From Bispira polyomma (lineage: Eukaryota), in the NCBI GenBank assembly GCA_965649765.1, contig OZ287748.1, positions 34,720,001 through 34,784,000 on the forward strand: a stretch of 64,000 bases of DNA, in the 5' to 3' direction. The notes beneath the pieces are model-generated. The model ran no database searches and was not told where the DNA came from. It saw only the letters and a list, made by a program, of their open reading frames with translations. Positions 1 to 12,200 of this stretch are shown piece after piece (the stretch's first letter is position 1; the number at the start of each line of letters is the position of its first letter). The position numbers were made by a program, and so were the translations under genes.

Positions 1-2499
1 TTAACATTGTGATTATTAGTATGTGTGCTGAGGAGATGTATATAGAGGGTAAAAAGCCTGACGACTGACCCCTGGGGTAGTTTGTATGGCAGGTTGAAAG
101 AGGATGATCAGTATATATGTCTGCCCATTGGTCTTGATGATATATTTTGCAAAGTGTTTATTTTCATGCCATATTTGATGAATTGATGAAATGTTTTTCA
201 CTCCCTTTTGTCTTAGAAAAGTCAAATAAAACTAGATGATAAATGTTGCCCCAAAGGAATTGGTATTTGCCATTTGAAGAATATTTCACATTGAGATACT
301 GGACAGAACTTTATAGCACCACTAAAATATTTTAAGACATTGTAAAAATAACTACATGTCAGGAAATAGGGAAAAGATCAAAACGTAATAAACCCAGACA
401 CACACTTTTGTGAGTCATGGTAAAAATATCGGTGCAATTATGTGAAGATAACTATTTGCCTGCTGTGATTATAGCTACAGGGTAATAATTTTCTGTAGTT
501 AGTTATCCATTTTTAAAGGGATGTATATGATTAGTTAGTACATGTAATGCCCTATGCTTTTAGTAGCTCTGTCTAGTCTGCAGATGCCATGATGATGGAT
601 TGTGTTACTCGGCACATATGTTTTGATTTGCAAACACTAAAAATTATCAGGATATATTTCACTCATTTTATTTTTTATTTTTTATTTATAACAAACTACA
701 GACTTTCAATTGCATTCAAATATTCACTATTTCAAATATATTCACTTTATAGAAAGAATACATATAAAAGGTAATGATAAAATGTCTGAAATGAGAATGA
801 ACTTTCAGATGAGACAGTCTCCATTTTAAGTATCTATCATTTTGTACATGGTTAAAATAGTTTTGATTTATAACGAAGTTGTATTTAATAATTTTGGGTC
901 TAACATCGTTGTCATAACAACCAGTGGTACACTTGCCACCTGTACGTATATGACAACAATATGTAACTAAATAGCCAGAAATAGCTATAGTTCAAATTCT
1001 TGCCTAATAAAATAACAAAAACAATCCATTACTATTTTTTAGGACCTGGTGAAAAAACAACATTTGATATTTTTGGAACTTATCATTAAATGCAGTATTT
1101 ACTCATTTATGAAATTCCCTTTTAAAATATTCAAAATTCTTTTGGAAATCAATCAATTGTTAATTAATTGCGAGTTATTTATTTTTGTAAAAGTCAAAAG
1201 GTGAGTAGTTTTCTGAGTATTTCACCTTTTTCTTGGATTGTAAAAAAGGCACGATGAAGCCATCAGGATACAGTGAGCAGTGCAGGCAGGTATTTTCCTA
1301 GCACAGTATTCACCAGTAAATGTGTAGTAATATTGATCAGACAGATTTACCCCTTTAATTGATACCCCACCTGACGTGTGGAATCTGAAACCTCTCTACC
1401 ATTCAACAGGCTCAAAGTTTGAAATTCTGAGTGATATAAACCTACATTTATACAACATTTTACAGGGAGCAGCTGCATTCATGCATTGCACACCTAGTGT
1501 TTGGTTACATTTGATTTTCACAAACATCTAAAATAAGTTTGTAGAATTCTGTCAGTACTGTCAAATCTACAAGTACCTTACTGGGTAACATCTACTATTA
1601 GTTCCCGATTATTTAACTCATCATTATATCTTTCCCTTTGTCTGAAATACATTCATTCTCTTAGTTACTGTTGTTTATTGTCAATTTTCGTTTGGGCAGG
1701 GATAGAATTCCGTAGGAAGTCAGGACAAACTCTCAAAGCAGTACCGAGAGAAGTAAGCATTTGATTAATGTGTACTGTATCAATACTTCGAACCATTGCA
1801 AAACTTTTATTAGAAGGCATCAATTGTTACCCAGTGACAGACATAAGCTAGCAATAACACCCGAGACAGAAAAACTGTAAATGTGTGGATATACAAACAA
1901 AAGAATGGTGTATCTTAACCTAACAGAGAAATTTCACCTTATTTAACTCCAAACATTGTGCAACGAAACATTAAAAATGAGATTAGATTCTGTTTATTCT
2001 ATGCGTGAACAGTACTGATAATGTAGACATTCTTAGGACAAAGAGTTCAAATGTAATCTCATCGCAAGAGCACAAAATGATAAAGTGGATAAAACTGCTG
2101 CCAGACACATTATGGTGGGTTAAAAATATGTTTGTACTAGACACATTAGCATGGGTAAAAATATGTACCAGACCAATAAATCTAATTTATATTTGACTAA
2201 AAATTATTTCCTATTAGATCCACAAACCCCTCCTATTTTAAAGACCTAAAACAGCTACAAAGAATATGCCAAGCAATGGATGTACATTTTTTGTAGTTTC
2301 TGTCTAGGTATTCAGTTAATTGTATTATAAAGTTACATTTAACACATAGTACACTTAGGGGTAGTCTTTGTTTAATTAGTAGTTTCGCAGTTTCATAGGG
2401 TTATAATACAATGTTGTTCAGGCTATTTCAAAATGTCATTATGCATGGAGGTATGAAATTATTGAAAAATGTTTTCACACCTCAGGTCTAAAATTAAAA

Positions 2500-3130
2500 A
2501 TTCCCCCAAAATTTGAAGGTATGTTGTTGGGCCTATTTGAGGTGGTCTTGAAGCCATCCGTCCTGTTTACTTGCCGGATGATGTGAGGCTACAGGAATTT
2601 AAAGTTGTCCTTCAACACCCGTCAACTCAGCGGGGGGGGTTGACATGACTTGGGCACACTTAGCTTACCGTAGATGCCATTTGCTGATGTGTACTCTTAG
2701 CTGCTAAAATAAAGGTGAATATTACTGTCACGGCATCCTTTTATATGTTTCTCATCCCTCAATTTGACTCATGAGCAAATAAAAATACGCTCCCGAGTTA
2801 TCGTTGTCAGCCCCTAGTTGTCTTCTATCTTCCCAAGTTATCCTTACACTCAGCCGTGACTTTCGACTTGTCAGAAATCACGTCAGAGTTATCCTTACAC
2901 TTGGGGGTTTGTTCCCGAGCTATCGGAAGCCACGCCCAAATTATCTTTACACTAACAAAAAGTTGTTGCAAGCTCCTGATTGCTCACGATTGGTCCTGAG
3001 TTATCGACCTGAGCAAGTGGCCCGATTGCCTCCGATAGTTAAAGATAACTCGGAAGCAATTCTTAATCCTCACGATTATACTCCCGAGTGGCTCCCAATT
3101 GGGACAATCGGGAGCTATGATAGGGGTATT
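2500..3130 (-). mobile_element. Remnant of a probable PIF/Harbinger-type DNA transposon: decayed Myb/MADF-like ORF fragment plus repetitive subterminal region
   Basis: Minus strand around 2560-2680 reads like YGKLSVPKS...DNFKFL*PHIIRQ, resembling Myb/MADF-like accessory ORFs. 2780-3130 has many short TCCCGAG/TTATC/ATCG repeats typical of transposon subtermini. Confidence 0.4.
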
Positions 3131-3389
3131 AAACACAACTGAAATGGGGATTTGTCTATTTGCATTCGTTAAACTTTTTTATTGAGCTATTCAAAGTGCC
3201 TTTAAAAATTTTATTTTGTTAAAAGGTTGAATTAGAAGTAATATAGCCATAAACAAATAACAATGATTATTGAAGCTTATTGCATCGTTTGAAACATTAT
3301 TTAATTTTTGGCTGCGTTGAATTAATCTTTGCTAAAATTAAGAAAATGTCCACATGTATGAAATAGAAACTTTTGCTAAAACTACAACA

Positions 3390-3527
3390 GTACCTACGGA
3401 AGAGTATAAGGGTCAACATTTTTTTTGGATTTTCCAAGATAATTTATCTTAATTTATTGAGATATTATCTTGGCAATTCAAAAATAAATCAATAAAAAGG
3501 TTGGCCCTTATACTCTTCTGTATGTAC
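3390..3527. mobile_element. MITE with ~30-bp terminal inverted repeats
   Basis: GTACCTACGGAAGAGTATAAGGGTCAAC at the left end is the near-perfect reverse complement of GTTGGCCCTTATACTCTTCTGTATGTAC at the right end. Confidence 0.75.
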
Positions 3528-4099
3528 GAGAACAGAAATATAATGTTTAATTTTCAGGTGCACGTTGTAACAAAACGACAGAACAGATTCAATTTGTACC
3601 ATGCAACATGTAGTAATTAGCCATGGTTCTAAGGTATCCATTAAATAATGGCCCACAATCTAAGAAAGGGGAATCTGGATTAAAAAGGTGTAGGGGCGTT
3701 GATTAATCCAGGGATAACTTTGTATGAACAATTTTCTATATATTTTTGTCAGTATAGTACAGAGGTACAATTTGAAAAAGCACTGATGTAATGAAAGAGT
3801 AAAAAATGCTATATCATTTACAGTATAACTTTTAGTTACTTCATTTTGTTAAAAAACTTGATGCAGATGAGAAGGAAATGACAAATTACATAGATGACTT
3901 TAAGACTCCAATGCATAAAAAGAATTATGTAACCACACATGAAAAGTTGGATTGATGTCTATTTTTAGTGTCAGGACTAATATGAATACCTTGTAAGACG
4001 TTTACAAGGGTTAACCTAGTGTTGTATTATTCATCTAACATGTTTACAATTGGCATGTTTTCATGAAGAAGATTAAATCATTAAGACGTTAGCATTAGA

Positions 4100-4330
4100 T
4101 TGGTTATGACCTTTAGGTTCTGAAACTGTATGACAATAAGTCATATTATCACTGGCCTCTCACCAATGTGGGTTTTATTCCCGCTTATTCCTTTATTTGG
4201 GAAAGTTTTAAAGGTACGACGTGGGTCGGTGGTTTACAGTGCTCTAACACTGGCGTTTTCCACCATTGATTCTGGCAGACAAGATATGACCTAAACTGAT
4301 CAAAGCACCATAAATCACCACTAAATTAAC
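4100..4330 (+). mobile_element. Old tRNA-derived SINE copy
   Basis: ATCACTGGCCTCTCACC...GGGAAAG...GGTTTACAGTG...GATATGACCTA motifs are shared with the SINEs at 17569 and 38794. Confidence 0.55.
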
Positions 4331-5177
4331 ACTAACTGATGTGTAAAATAATTACTAATGGGATAAGGAACTAAAGCATTTTACACAGTGAAGTATCTCC
4401 CTGACAAACTTTATGCGGTCAGAATCGGAACATTCAGTGTTGTTACATGTCAAATTATAAGCGAGTCAACTACTTCACACATGTATGCAAAAAGTGAAAG
4501 TTTATCTGCGGCATTTAAAATGGAATGCTGTTAAGGCTATGACAGCTCTGTATAAGTTTCTTGACTCTGGCATGCCTACTTACTTCGATCCATACTCAAA
4601 ATACTACAAATACAGTGTTTTCGCCAGAAGAGAGAATACCCAAGAAATAATTTATTAAGGGTCCTATTTAGCTCCATCCTAAAATATCTTTTACCGTAAA
4701 TTTAAAACATATATTTGTTTAATGATAGATTCTGGTGATCTCAACCTTCAGTTGTCGTCCCAAACCATTTGTGCTATCTTACATTTGCAACTTATGTAGG
4801 TAAATTGTCAATCGTCAATGCCTAAACCAAAATTATCTGGTTTTATTGCCATTAGGTAGGCTTTTCAACTCTTCAACTTCAACATTTCAACTTTTCAACA
4901 TTGGCATCTCAATTATCACCAGCGTACACATCAATGCTATGGTATGTTGTTTAGCATATACTGATGCATGGTCGTAGATAATTGTTATTGGTATTTTGTT
5001 TGTTGTTGATTAAAAATGATAAACAGGTCTTTTGAAAGTCGATTTGGAGAACTAGCATTAATTACACAAATAGCATTATTTTTTAGGAAAGCTGTTTTAT
5101 TGGATTTGTATGGGTTTCAAAGAACAGTAAATGTTTCATCTATAATATTGTAAACAAATAATAAATTCCAAGTAGTC

Positions 5178-5402
5178 GTATTCTCGAAAAGAACTCAAAC
5201 TCAAATACAAACTCAAAGCTGAGAGTTTAGAGTTTTTTTCTCAGTTTGGTACTTTTGGATATGAGGAAAAATCTCAAAATATTTGAGAATACACAATAAT
5301 TCGATATTTAATCTCACCTCAAATCTGAGTGTGTCACCATGGTAACTGAGCAAAAAAGGTCATTATGACTATAAGTTTGAGCTTGAGTTTTTTCGGGAAT
5401 AC
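5178..5402. mobile_element. MITE with terminal inverted repeats
   Basis: GTATTCTCGAAAAGAACTCAAACTCAAA versus TTTGAGCTTGAGTTTTTTCGGGAATAC; internal AAACTC/GAGTTT repeats. Confidence 0.7.
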
Positions 5403-6536
5403 ATCATATTTTCACCAAAACCAGTATTTAAGTAGCATCTGTGTTTTAAGGTCTTGTTTAAAGTGTGATTAGATACACGTGCTAGTATAGTAAAATTGTT
5501 AGAAAGATACAGATATATTAATGATTAATAATTTATTAATAATTATATTAATAATTAATTCAATAATTCCAGATTACGTTTTCGCTAAGAACCGTTTGTC
5601 TATGATTGCACAAATAGTTTTTACATTTAACATTGTCACCGATACTTTTAAATTGATGTATCATTTACTTAGTTTAACATTTTATTTTAAAACTTATTTA
5701 TTATTATTGTTCGTAAGACCACCCACCGGTGTATACCCAAACATTCAAGTATCTATAAATCGTATACCAATTTTACCGCCATTTCAACAACTGTGGGCAA
5801 TATGTTCACCTTTAGTTTCAGGGTCAATCATAATATAATTAAAACATGAATAAGAACAGTTTGCAAAAATTATAATATTGACATATGTGATATTTTTATT
5901 TGAGGAATTTCTGGTCAATATATGCTACCTAACTGACATTAGACTGTAGACAATAGTTTTAGTGTAAAACTGTTTATCTTTGGTTCTTTGTTTGCCCTTG
6001 TGTTATATGCTGGACTAGACACAAAAGACATTATTGGAGAAAGCGCTTCACACTCTGCCCCTGCTACAAATAGTTTTTGTTCTACCCAGTAACACTATGT
6101 AATAAGTAAAATGGCCTAGTTGGGATCAGTTAAGATAAATACAAGCACACAATTGATGGGCTGTCTATGGGTTTTCGAGGAAATGATGAGCCCATTTGTC
6201 ACTCTCTAGAAAGAAAGCCATAAAGATTATAGGTAAGGCAGGGTGAGACCTTCATAATATCCTGAATGTCTTTCTGGTTGAATATCATTTCTCACCTAAG
6301 AACAAACACAGAGCGAGGTCAGAATAAGTTACCAAGGACGTAGCCACCATTAACGCCAGTACGCCCAGGCGTACCAATTTAATGACAAGAAAAAAAAATT
6401 TGAAAAAAAAAAAATAAATAAATTAAGTTAAATTTCTTTCTATTCTGTTTGTTTTATTAGTAACATAGATTCTTGTTGTTAAATAAAATAATTTGATTTG
6501 GCACTCCCCAATTAAACCACAATATTATGTTAATGA

Positions 6537-6541
6537 CCCCC

Positions 6542-6572
<31 letters not shown>

Positions 6573-6574
6573 AC
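6537..6574. repeat. poly-C plus (CA)n microsatellite
   Basis: Directly visible. Confidence 0.95.
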
Positions 6575-8558
6575 AAATTGAATTTTTGGTAGGACAAAAA
6601 AGAACCTAATATATTGGTTTAATTTGGGAGTACTAGATGAAATATCCTGGCTACTCCCGTGGTTAACACACTTAACATCAACAGCACACACCAGAGTAGA
6701 CAGCTCTGCCAAAGGGTAGAACATACAAAGGGTGTGTTCTTCGTTTAGCTACAAATCTAGACCGGATAGTATATCAAACAGTACAGTAACTACTCATTTC
6801 TGACATAGATAAGTACCTAGATGTATCATAGTCGTCAATCTGATACCATATGAAAAGGGTAGATGCATAACTTATTTGATCAAAAACAGTCAGTTTTTGA
6901 GGAACAACATAAATACCGATTTAAGTACAGAGTTAGTACTAAGTCAGCCCTCATTATACCCAGGTCCCATAAAAATAGAGGGTGCTGCGAGTATGAAGAG
7001 AAATGTTGAAGAATTTCTATTCTTCATCATTCTCCGTGAAAAACATTGACTATCAAAATTTGTGAATGTGTGACCCAACATTGTGGAGAAGATAGACGAG
7101 GAATGGTGACACAGAGGCGAATGTCTGTGTGAGGAATTTCCCACTTTAAAAAAGCTGCTACCAATCATGGCGAGAAAAAAAAGACAGCAAATGGATATGA
7201 CAATTATAAAAAGCAGTTTGAAATTCTCATAGCCCTAAAGAGAGGATGGAGAATAGGGAGGAAAGACAAAGAATCGGAAGGAATTGGTTACTAACCATGA
7301 AAAATTTCAGGTTCTCCGGCTTTTGTGATCAAAAGTCACCACTGTGGGACTTGGACATAAGTTCAAGTCAAAATAGTCTTGTGATGCCTTAGAAGGGGTT
7401 TTCGATGCACTAAATTTAATGATTTCTTTCTTGGCCCATTCCCCATGACACTAAAAAGTTTGATCAAAAGTGATTCTGTAGTTTCTGCATACTACTGAAG
7501 AAATACTTTGCCCTACTCGTTCCTGTTGTGCCATGGATGAGGTATGCCCTTCACTAAAATGTCAAGGATTTTCTTTTGTCCATTACTTGGGATCCATTGC
7601 CCGAGCCATTAAAATTGGTGCAATAGTTTGAAGAACAAGGGGTATACATCTTGATATAAATTGCAATGTGTGTATGATGTGAAACAAAATGGAGTTTACC
7701 TGTTTCTTTTGTGCCAAATTCATTAAAACAAACTTCTTTTTACAGCAAATCTTAATAATTACTCAAGTTAACGGAGTAAGGTAAAACATAAAAAGTGTTT
7801 GTTAATCAAAAACTGTAAAACTGCTAATGTTTTCTTGGGTTACCATTTCATGCGACAATTAGCCTAAGTTTACAGTCAAGTGCCAAAGTCCAATTGAGAC
7901 TTCCCAGTCTTTGAACCATTCTTAGTCAATAAATTAATGGCATAGAATAAGTAGTTCAGTAGTTGTAGAGAATAAGTTATACAATGAGAAAAAAGCCCTA
8001 CAAAGTTTTAGCGTGTACCGGGGGAAGACCGCTACGGGAAAAATACCATAAAATTTTGTGAAAGATCGTCGTTTTTGGCTACATCTTTACGTTTATTTGT
8101 TACTATTTATGTTTTTCTACCCTTTTTACATAAAATTTGAGTGATTTTGCTGTTTTACGTTGTGAATTTAGCTAGATAAATATAATACCCAATTATCGCC
8201 CACTTCATTTGGCGGGAGTGGGCCATACTCTACTAGATCTATAATATTGTGTAATAAGATCTACATCTCCACGGTTATTTGTTGGTATTTATGTTTTTCT
8301 ACCCTTTTTTACATTAAATTCTGTACATTCTGTACAATTCTGTACATTTATTTATTACTATTTATGATTTTTCTACTCCTTTTACTTTGACTTTTTATCT
8401 CATTTTGCTGTTCTATATTGTAAATTTACCAATATAACCAATATTTACCAATATAATTATTGTCTCATCTTCTGTCTCATCTTCTGTTTTGAGACTTTTC
8501 GTCTCATTCTGTTGTTCTATATTGTAAAGTTGCCAATTTAATTATTGTCTCATCTTCT

Positions 8559-11243
8559 TTGCTACATGTTGGTGTGGTTGTACTTAGCTTAAGGTCAGGC
8601 TATAGTGTCATCAGATCCTCCTACAAACCAAATAAAATAGATTCTCCTGTCTATCAATCCTTTGAAAATATGGTGGTGTCAATTGGGCTTCATGGCCGCT
8701 CACTGTTGCTTGCCTGCGTCTATCGCCCCCCAGGATCATGCACCTGTAATTTTTTAGAAGAATTTATGTCTTTTGTTGGTTTCTTGTCTTCCATTGACAG
8801 TTCATATCATATCTGTGGTGACTTTAACATCCATGTTGATGCACCAGTTGGTGACGGTCATAAATTTATGACCTTTCTTGATTCATGCGATTTAAAACAG
8901 TTAGTTAGACAACCTACCCATCTGCATGGTCACATTCTGGACCTTATTTTATCTCCTTGTGATCAGGATGCTATTGTGGATGTCAAAGTCTGTGATTTCA
9001 TATCGGATCATGCATTAGTCAAATGCTCAATTGCCTCTCCCCCACAAATGGCTCATATTCCCAATACAGTGCATTATAGGAGGTACCACTGTATTAACAT
9101 GTCTGACCTCCGTACTGATCTTGAGAGTACTTCCTTTATTAAGTCACCTGCCAATTCTGTAGCCAAACTTTATGAACAATACATACATGACTTGGGTGAT
9201 GTACTAGATAAGCATGCACCACTTGTATCCAGAATGTCAAAGAATGATTCTGTGCATTGGCTCTCTGATTCTTACCGACGGGAAAAATCTCTCAGGCGCC
9301 AATATGAAAGAACTTGGCGAAGGGCCAAGAATCCATTAAATAGAAGTCGACTACGTCGCCAGATTGCTCAGTGCAATGTACTTGTTAACGAGGATAAGTT
9401 GGTGTATTACAGCAAACTTATCTCTGACAACAGTCACAACTCCAGGAAGCTGTGGCACGAACTGCGCAAGACCCTTAATATGGATACCAATGTGGCACTC
9501 CCGTCCCATGATTCTGATAAATCACTAGCTGATAAGTTTGCTTCCTTTTTTTCGGACAAAATTAAGAGAATTAGAGATACTTTTGTTGTCTCTGGAACTA
9601 AAATTGATGTTCATCCTCTTTCTGATCCCCCAGAAATTACTGCCTTTACCAGAGTCTCTGAAGATGATGTTAGTAAGATAATAAGTAACTCGCCTACAAA
9701 ATCCTGCACGTTGGATACATGGCCAACATCTCTTATTAAAGAATGTAGTGATATATTACTACCATCCATTACAAAACTTGTAAACTGCTCACTTACGGAG
9801 GGACATGTACCTGATGGTTTTAAAACAGCTGTGGTTACTTCTCTTATTAAGAAGGCTTCTCTTTCGGTTGATGACCTGAAGAATTATCGCCCTGTGTCTG
9901 GTCTTAGTTTCATATCAAAACTGGTTGAACGTGTGGTTGCTAGGCAACTGTTAGATCACATCGTTGTCCACGACTTAGACAACCCGTACCAGTCTGCGTA
10001 TAAAAGTGGTCATTCAACTGAGACAGCTCTTCTGTCTATAAAAAATGAAGTTCACCTATCTTTGTCAAGAGGGGAACCTACTGCCCTGGTATTGCTCGAT
10101 CTCTCTGCTGCCTTTGACACCATTGATCATTCCACGCTTCTCAGTTGTCTTCAGACTTGGTTTGGAGTTACGGGCTCTGTTCTTAAATGGTTCACTTCCT
10201 ACTTAACTGATCGTTATCAGTCGATAAAAATTGGCTCTACTCTGTCCGATCTTTGTAAACTCTTGTTTGGTGTCCCTCAAGGTTCTGTTTTGGGCCCTCT
10301 GTTGTTCTCATTATATACTGCTCCTCTCAGATTGGTTATTGGCAAATACACAGGAATAAAGTTTCATTTTTATGCAGATGACACCCAAATTTATGTGCAC
10401 CTATCCAATAAAAATACATCTACTGCCTTTGAACAGTTGAACAGGTGCCTTGATGATGTGAAAGAGTGGATGTCAACTGGTAAACTCAAACTTAATCCCG
10501 ACAAGACTGAGTTCATAATCTTTGGCTCAAAACAACAGAGGGATAAGTTGAAAGCATTGTTTCCAGTTGACATCCTGGGTAGCCCTTTCAGTCCAGCTGA
10601 TTCTGTCAAGAACCTGGGTGTATGGTTTGACTCTGACTTTTCTTTCTCTAAACACGTTCAGAGTGTCTGCAAAAGCTGTTTTATGCAACTTCGTGACTTT
10701 AGACGTGTCAGACGGTTTCTCACTTATGATGCTTCTATACTTGTGGCCAATGCCTTTGTCAGTAGTAGACTGGATTACTGCAATTCACTTTTTAGGAGTC
10801 TCTCAAAGTTTAATTTACGCAAATTACAATGCATTCAAAATAGTGCAGCTAGAATTGTGTCAAACACCAGTCGATACACTAGTATAACTCCTGTCCTTAA
10901 GAAATTGCATTGGCTCCCTGTTGAACAACGTTCAGTGTTTAAGACAGCTACACTTGTTTATAAGTTTCTCCACACTGGGTTTCCAAAGTATTTTGCCCCA
11001 TATCTTTCCACTTACAGTAGTTCCTACAATACCAGACGTAGTCAGAGTGGTAGTAATTTCCTTGTTGTTCCGAAGTTCCACCCATCTACTCAAAAGTCGG
11101 TTAAACAGTTTGGTCACAGCTTTGCTTTTGATGCTCCCATTGTTTGGAATGGTCTTCCTGATGTGATTCGTGCTTCCCCCTCACTAGCCTGTTTTAGAAA
11201 GAAGCTTAAAACCCACTTGTACACTAAAGCATATCCACCTTAG
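8559..11243 (+). CDS. L2/CR1-group LINE ORF2: partial APE endonuclease plus reverse transcriptase; N-terminus of the endonuclease missing
   Basis: EN motifs VYRPP, GDFNIH, GHILDL, ISDH; RT motifs NYRPVS, LLDLSAAFDTIDH, GVPQGSVLGP, YADD; C-terminal SRLDYCNSL and LHWLPV typical of L2/Crack/Daphne-type elements. No stop over 894 codons. Confidence 0.93.
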   Translation: MLHVGVVVLSLRSGYSVIRSSYKPNKIDSPVYQSFENMVVSIGLHGRSLLLACVYRPPGSCTCNFLEEFMSFVGFLSSIDSSYHICGDFNIHVDAPVGDGHKFMTFLDSCDLKQLVRQPTHLHGHILDLILSPCDQDAIVDVKVCDFISDHALVKCSIASPPQMAHIPNTVHYRRYHCINMSDLRTDLESTSFIKSPANSVAKLYEQYIHDLGDVLDKHAPLVSRMSKNDSVHWLSDSYRREKSLRRQYERTWRRAKNPLNRSRLRRQIAQCNVLVNEDKLVYYSKLISDNSHNSRKLWHELRKTLNMDTNVALPSHDSDKSLADKFASFFSDKIKRIRDTFVVSGTKIDVHPLSDPPEITAFTRVSEDDVSKIISNSPTKSCTLDTWPTSLIKECSDILLPSITKLVNCSLTEGHVPDGFKTAVVTSLIKKASLSVDDLKNYRPVSGLSFISKLVERVVARQLLDHIVVHDLDNPYQSAYKSGHSTETALLSIKNEVHLSLSRGEPTALVLLDLSAAFDTIDHSTLLSCLQTWFGVTGSVLKWFTSYLTDRYQSIKIGSTLSDLCKLLFGVPQGSVLGPLLFSLYTAPLRLVIGKYTGIKFHFYADDTQIYVHLSNKNTSTAFEQLNRCLDDVKEWMSTGKLKLNPDKTEFIIFGSKQQRDKLKALFPVDILGSPFSPADSVKNLGVWFDSDFSFSKHVQSVCKSCFMQLRDFRRVRRFLTYDASILVANAFVSSRLDYCNSLFRSLSKFNLRKLQCIQNSAARIVSNTSRYTSITPVLKKLHWLPVEQRSVFKTATLVYKFLHTGFPKYFAPYLSTYSSSYNTRRSQSGSNFLVVPKFHPSTQKSVKQFGHSFAFDAPIVWNGLPDVIRASPSLACFRKKLKTHLYTKAYPP

Positions 11244-11401
11244 TCTCAATCATCCCCCGGCGCGCTCTATGTTGCTAACCCTTTTTCTGTCCCTTGATTT
11301 TGGAAATTGGATAACTGTCTTTTGTGCTGGTGCGCCTTAGAGTCCCCTTTGTTAAGGGGAGATTAAGCGCAATAAAAATCTAATTACAATTACAATTACA
11401 A
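8620..11401 (+). mobile_element. L2/CR1-group LINE, 5'-incomplete, with 3' stem-loop and (ATTACA)n tail
   Basis: ORF2 as above. 3' UTR ends with the hairpin TCCCCTT-TGTT-AAGGGGA, then GATTAAGCGC and three ATTACA repeats. Confidence 0.88.
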
Positions 11402-11758
11402 AAATAAACTCTGGACAGGGCATTGACTACATCAGCAGCAGTTCTAAATAAAGAACATGTAACTGTTAGTCTGTTATAATTTAATTTGCCGTTCAAAGCC
11501 AAGTTGCCTGTGTAAAGGTCATACTCAATGATCATGTATATATGTCTAGACAGATAACCAAACCTCTCAAAAAAAAACAAAAAAAACTGTCACTTTCCTC
11601 CAATTTTGTGGCTGGTTTTCTTCAGAATTACTGTCCTTGAAATACAGTTATTTGTGTAACAATCAGGTATGAAGAAAGTAGAACTGGGAAACGACTACAG
11701 AATTCACTTAGAGGACCGCCATTTTGAATGTAGTTATACAAGATCTGAATAAAAAAAA

Positions 11759-11900
11759 NNNNNNNNNNNNNNNNNNNNNNNNNNNNNNNNNNNNNNNNNN
11801 NNNNNNNNNNNNNNNNNNNNNNNNNNNNNNNNNNNNNNNNNNNNNNNNNNNNNNNNNNNNNNNNNNNNNNNNNNNNNNNNNNNNNNNNNNNNNNNNNNNN
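11759..11900. other. Assembly gap (N run)
   Basis: Run of N. Confidence 1.
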
Positions 11901-11924
11901 ACAGGTTTACATATGAAGTTATTA

Positions 11925-11990
11925 TTAATCCCCCAAGAAGGAGAGATTAAGCATTATAAAAGTTACATTAGATTAGATTAGATTAGGTTA
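11925..11990 (+). mobile_element. 3' terminus of an L2-type LINE or L2-dependent SINE with (ATTAG)n tail
   Basis: TCCCCC-AAGAA-GGAGA-GATTAAGC..TAAAA followed by ATTAG repeats mirrors the tail at 11343-11401. Confidence 0.6.
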
Positions 11991-12025
11991 GATAGACATA
12001 TTTTTTTTGTTTTGAAATTAGTGAT

Positions 12026-12200
12026 TGACAAGTAGACAGGTCAAAAATGATATTAAACTGTTTACCTGTCAACCTGTCTTCTAAAAAAAATAAAAATATG
12101 TTATATTGAATTGTCTACCTGTCGACCTGTGTACTTTAAAAAATATAAAAATAGTCTTGAACTGTCTACCTGTCGACCTGTAAACCTGTCTACATGTCAA
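12026..12200. mobile_element. MITE-like element with internal CCTGTC repeats
   Basis: TTGACAAGTAGACAGG at the left end versus CCTGTCTACATGTCAA at the right end; several ACCTGTC(G/A)ACCTG repeats inside. Confidence 0.6.

Noticed and set aside
2804-3142. 112-aa ORF
   Set aside because: Lies in transposon subterminal repeats; no protein features.
1700-3633. Possible small exons at 1700-1752 and 3558-3633
   Set aside because: Splice-like motifs only; no coherent protein and no way to confirm without transcripts.
8570-8617. Minus-strand CTGATGA followed by a small stem, resembling a hammerhead ribozyme core
   Set aside because: The GAAA box is absent (GTACAAC instead) and stems I and III cannot be formed.
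11724-11981. ORF spanning the N run
   Set aside because: Artefact of the assembly gap.
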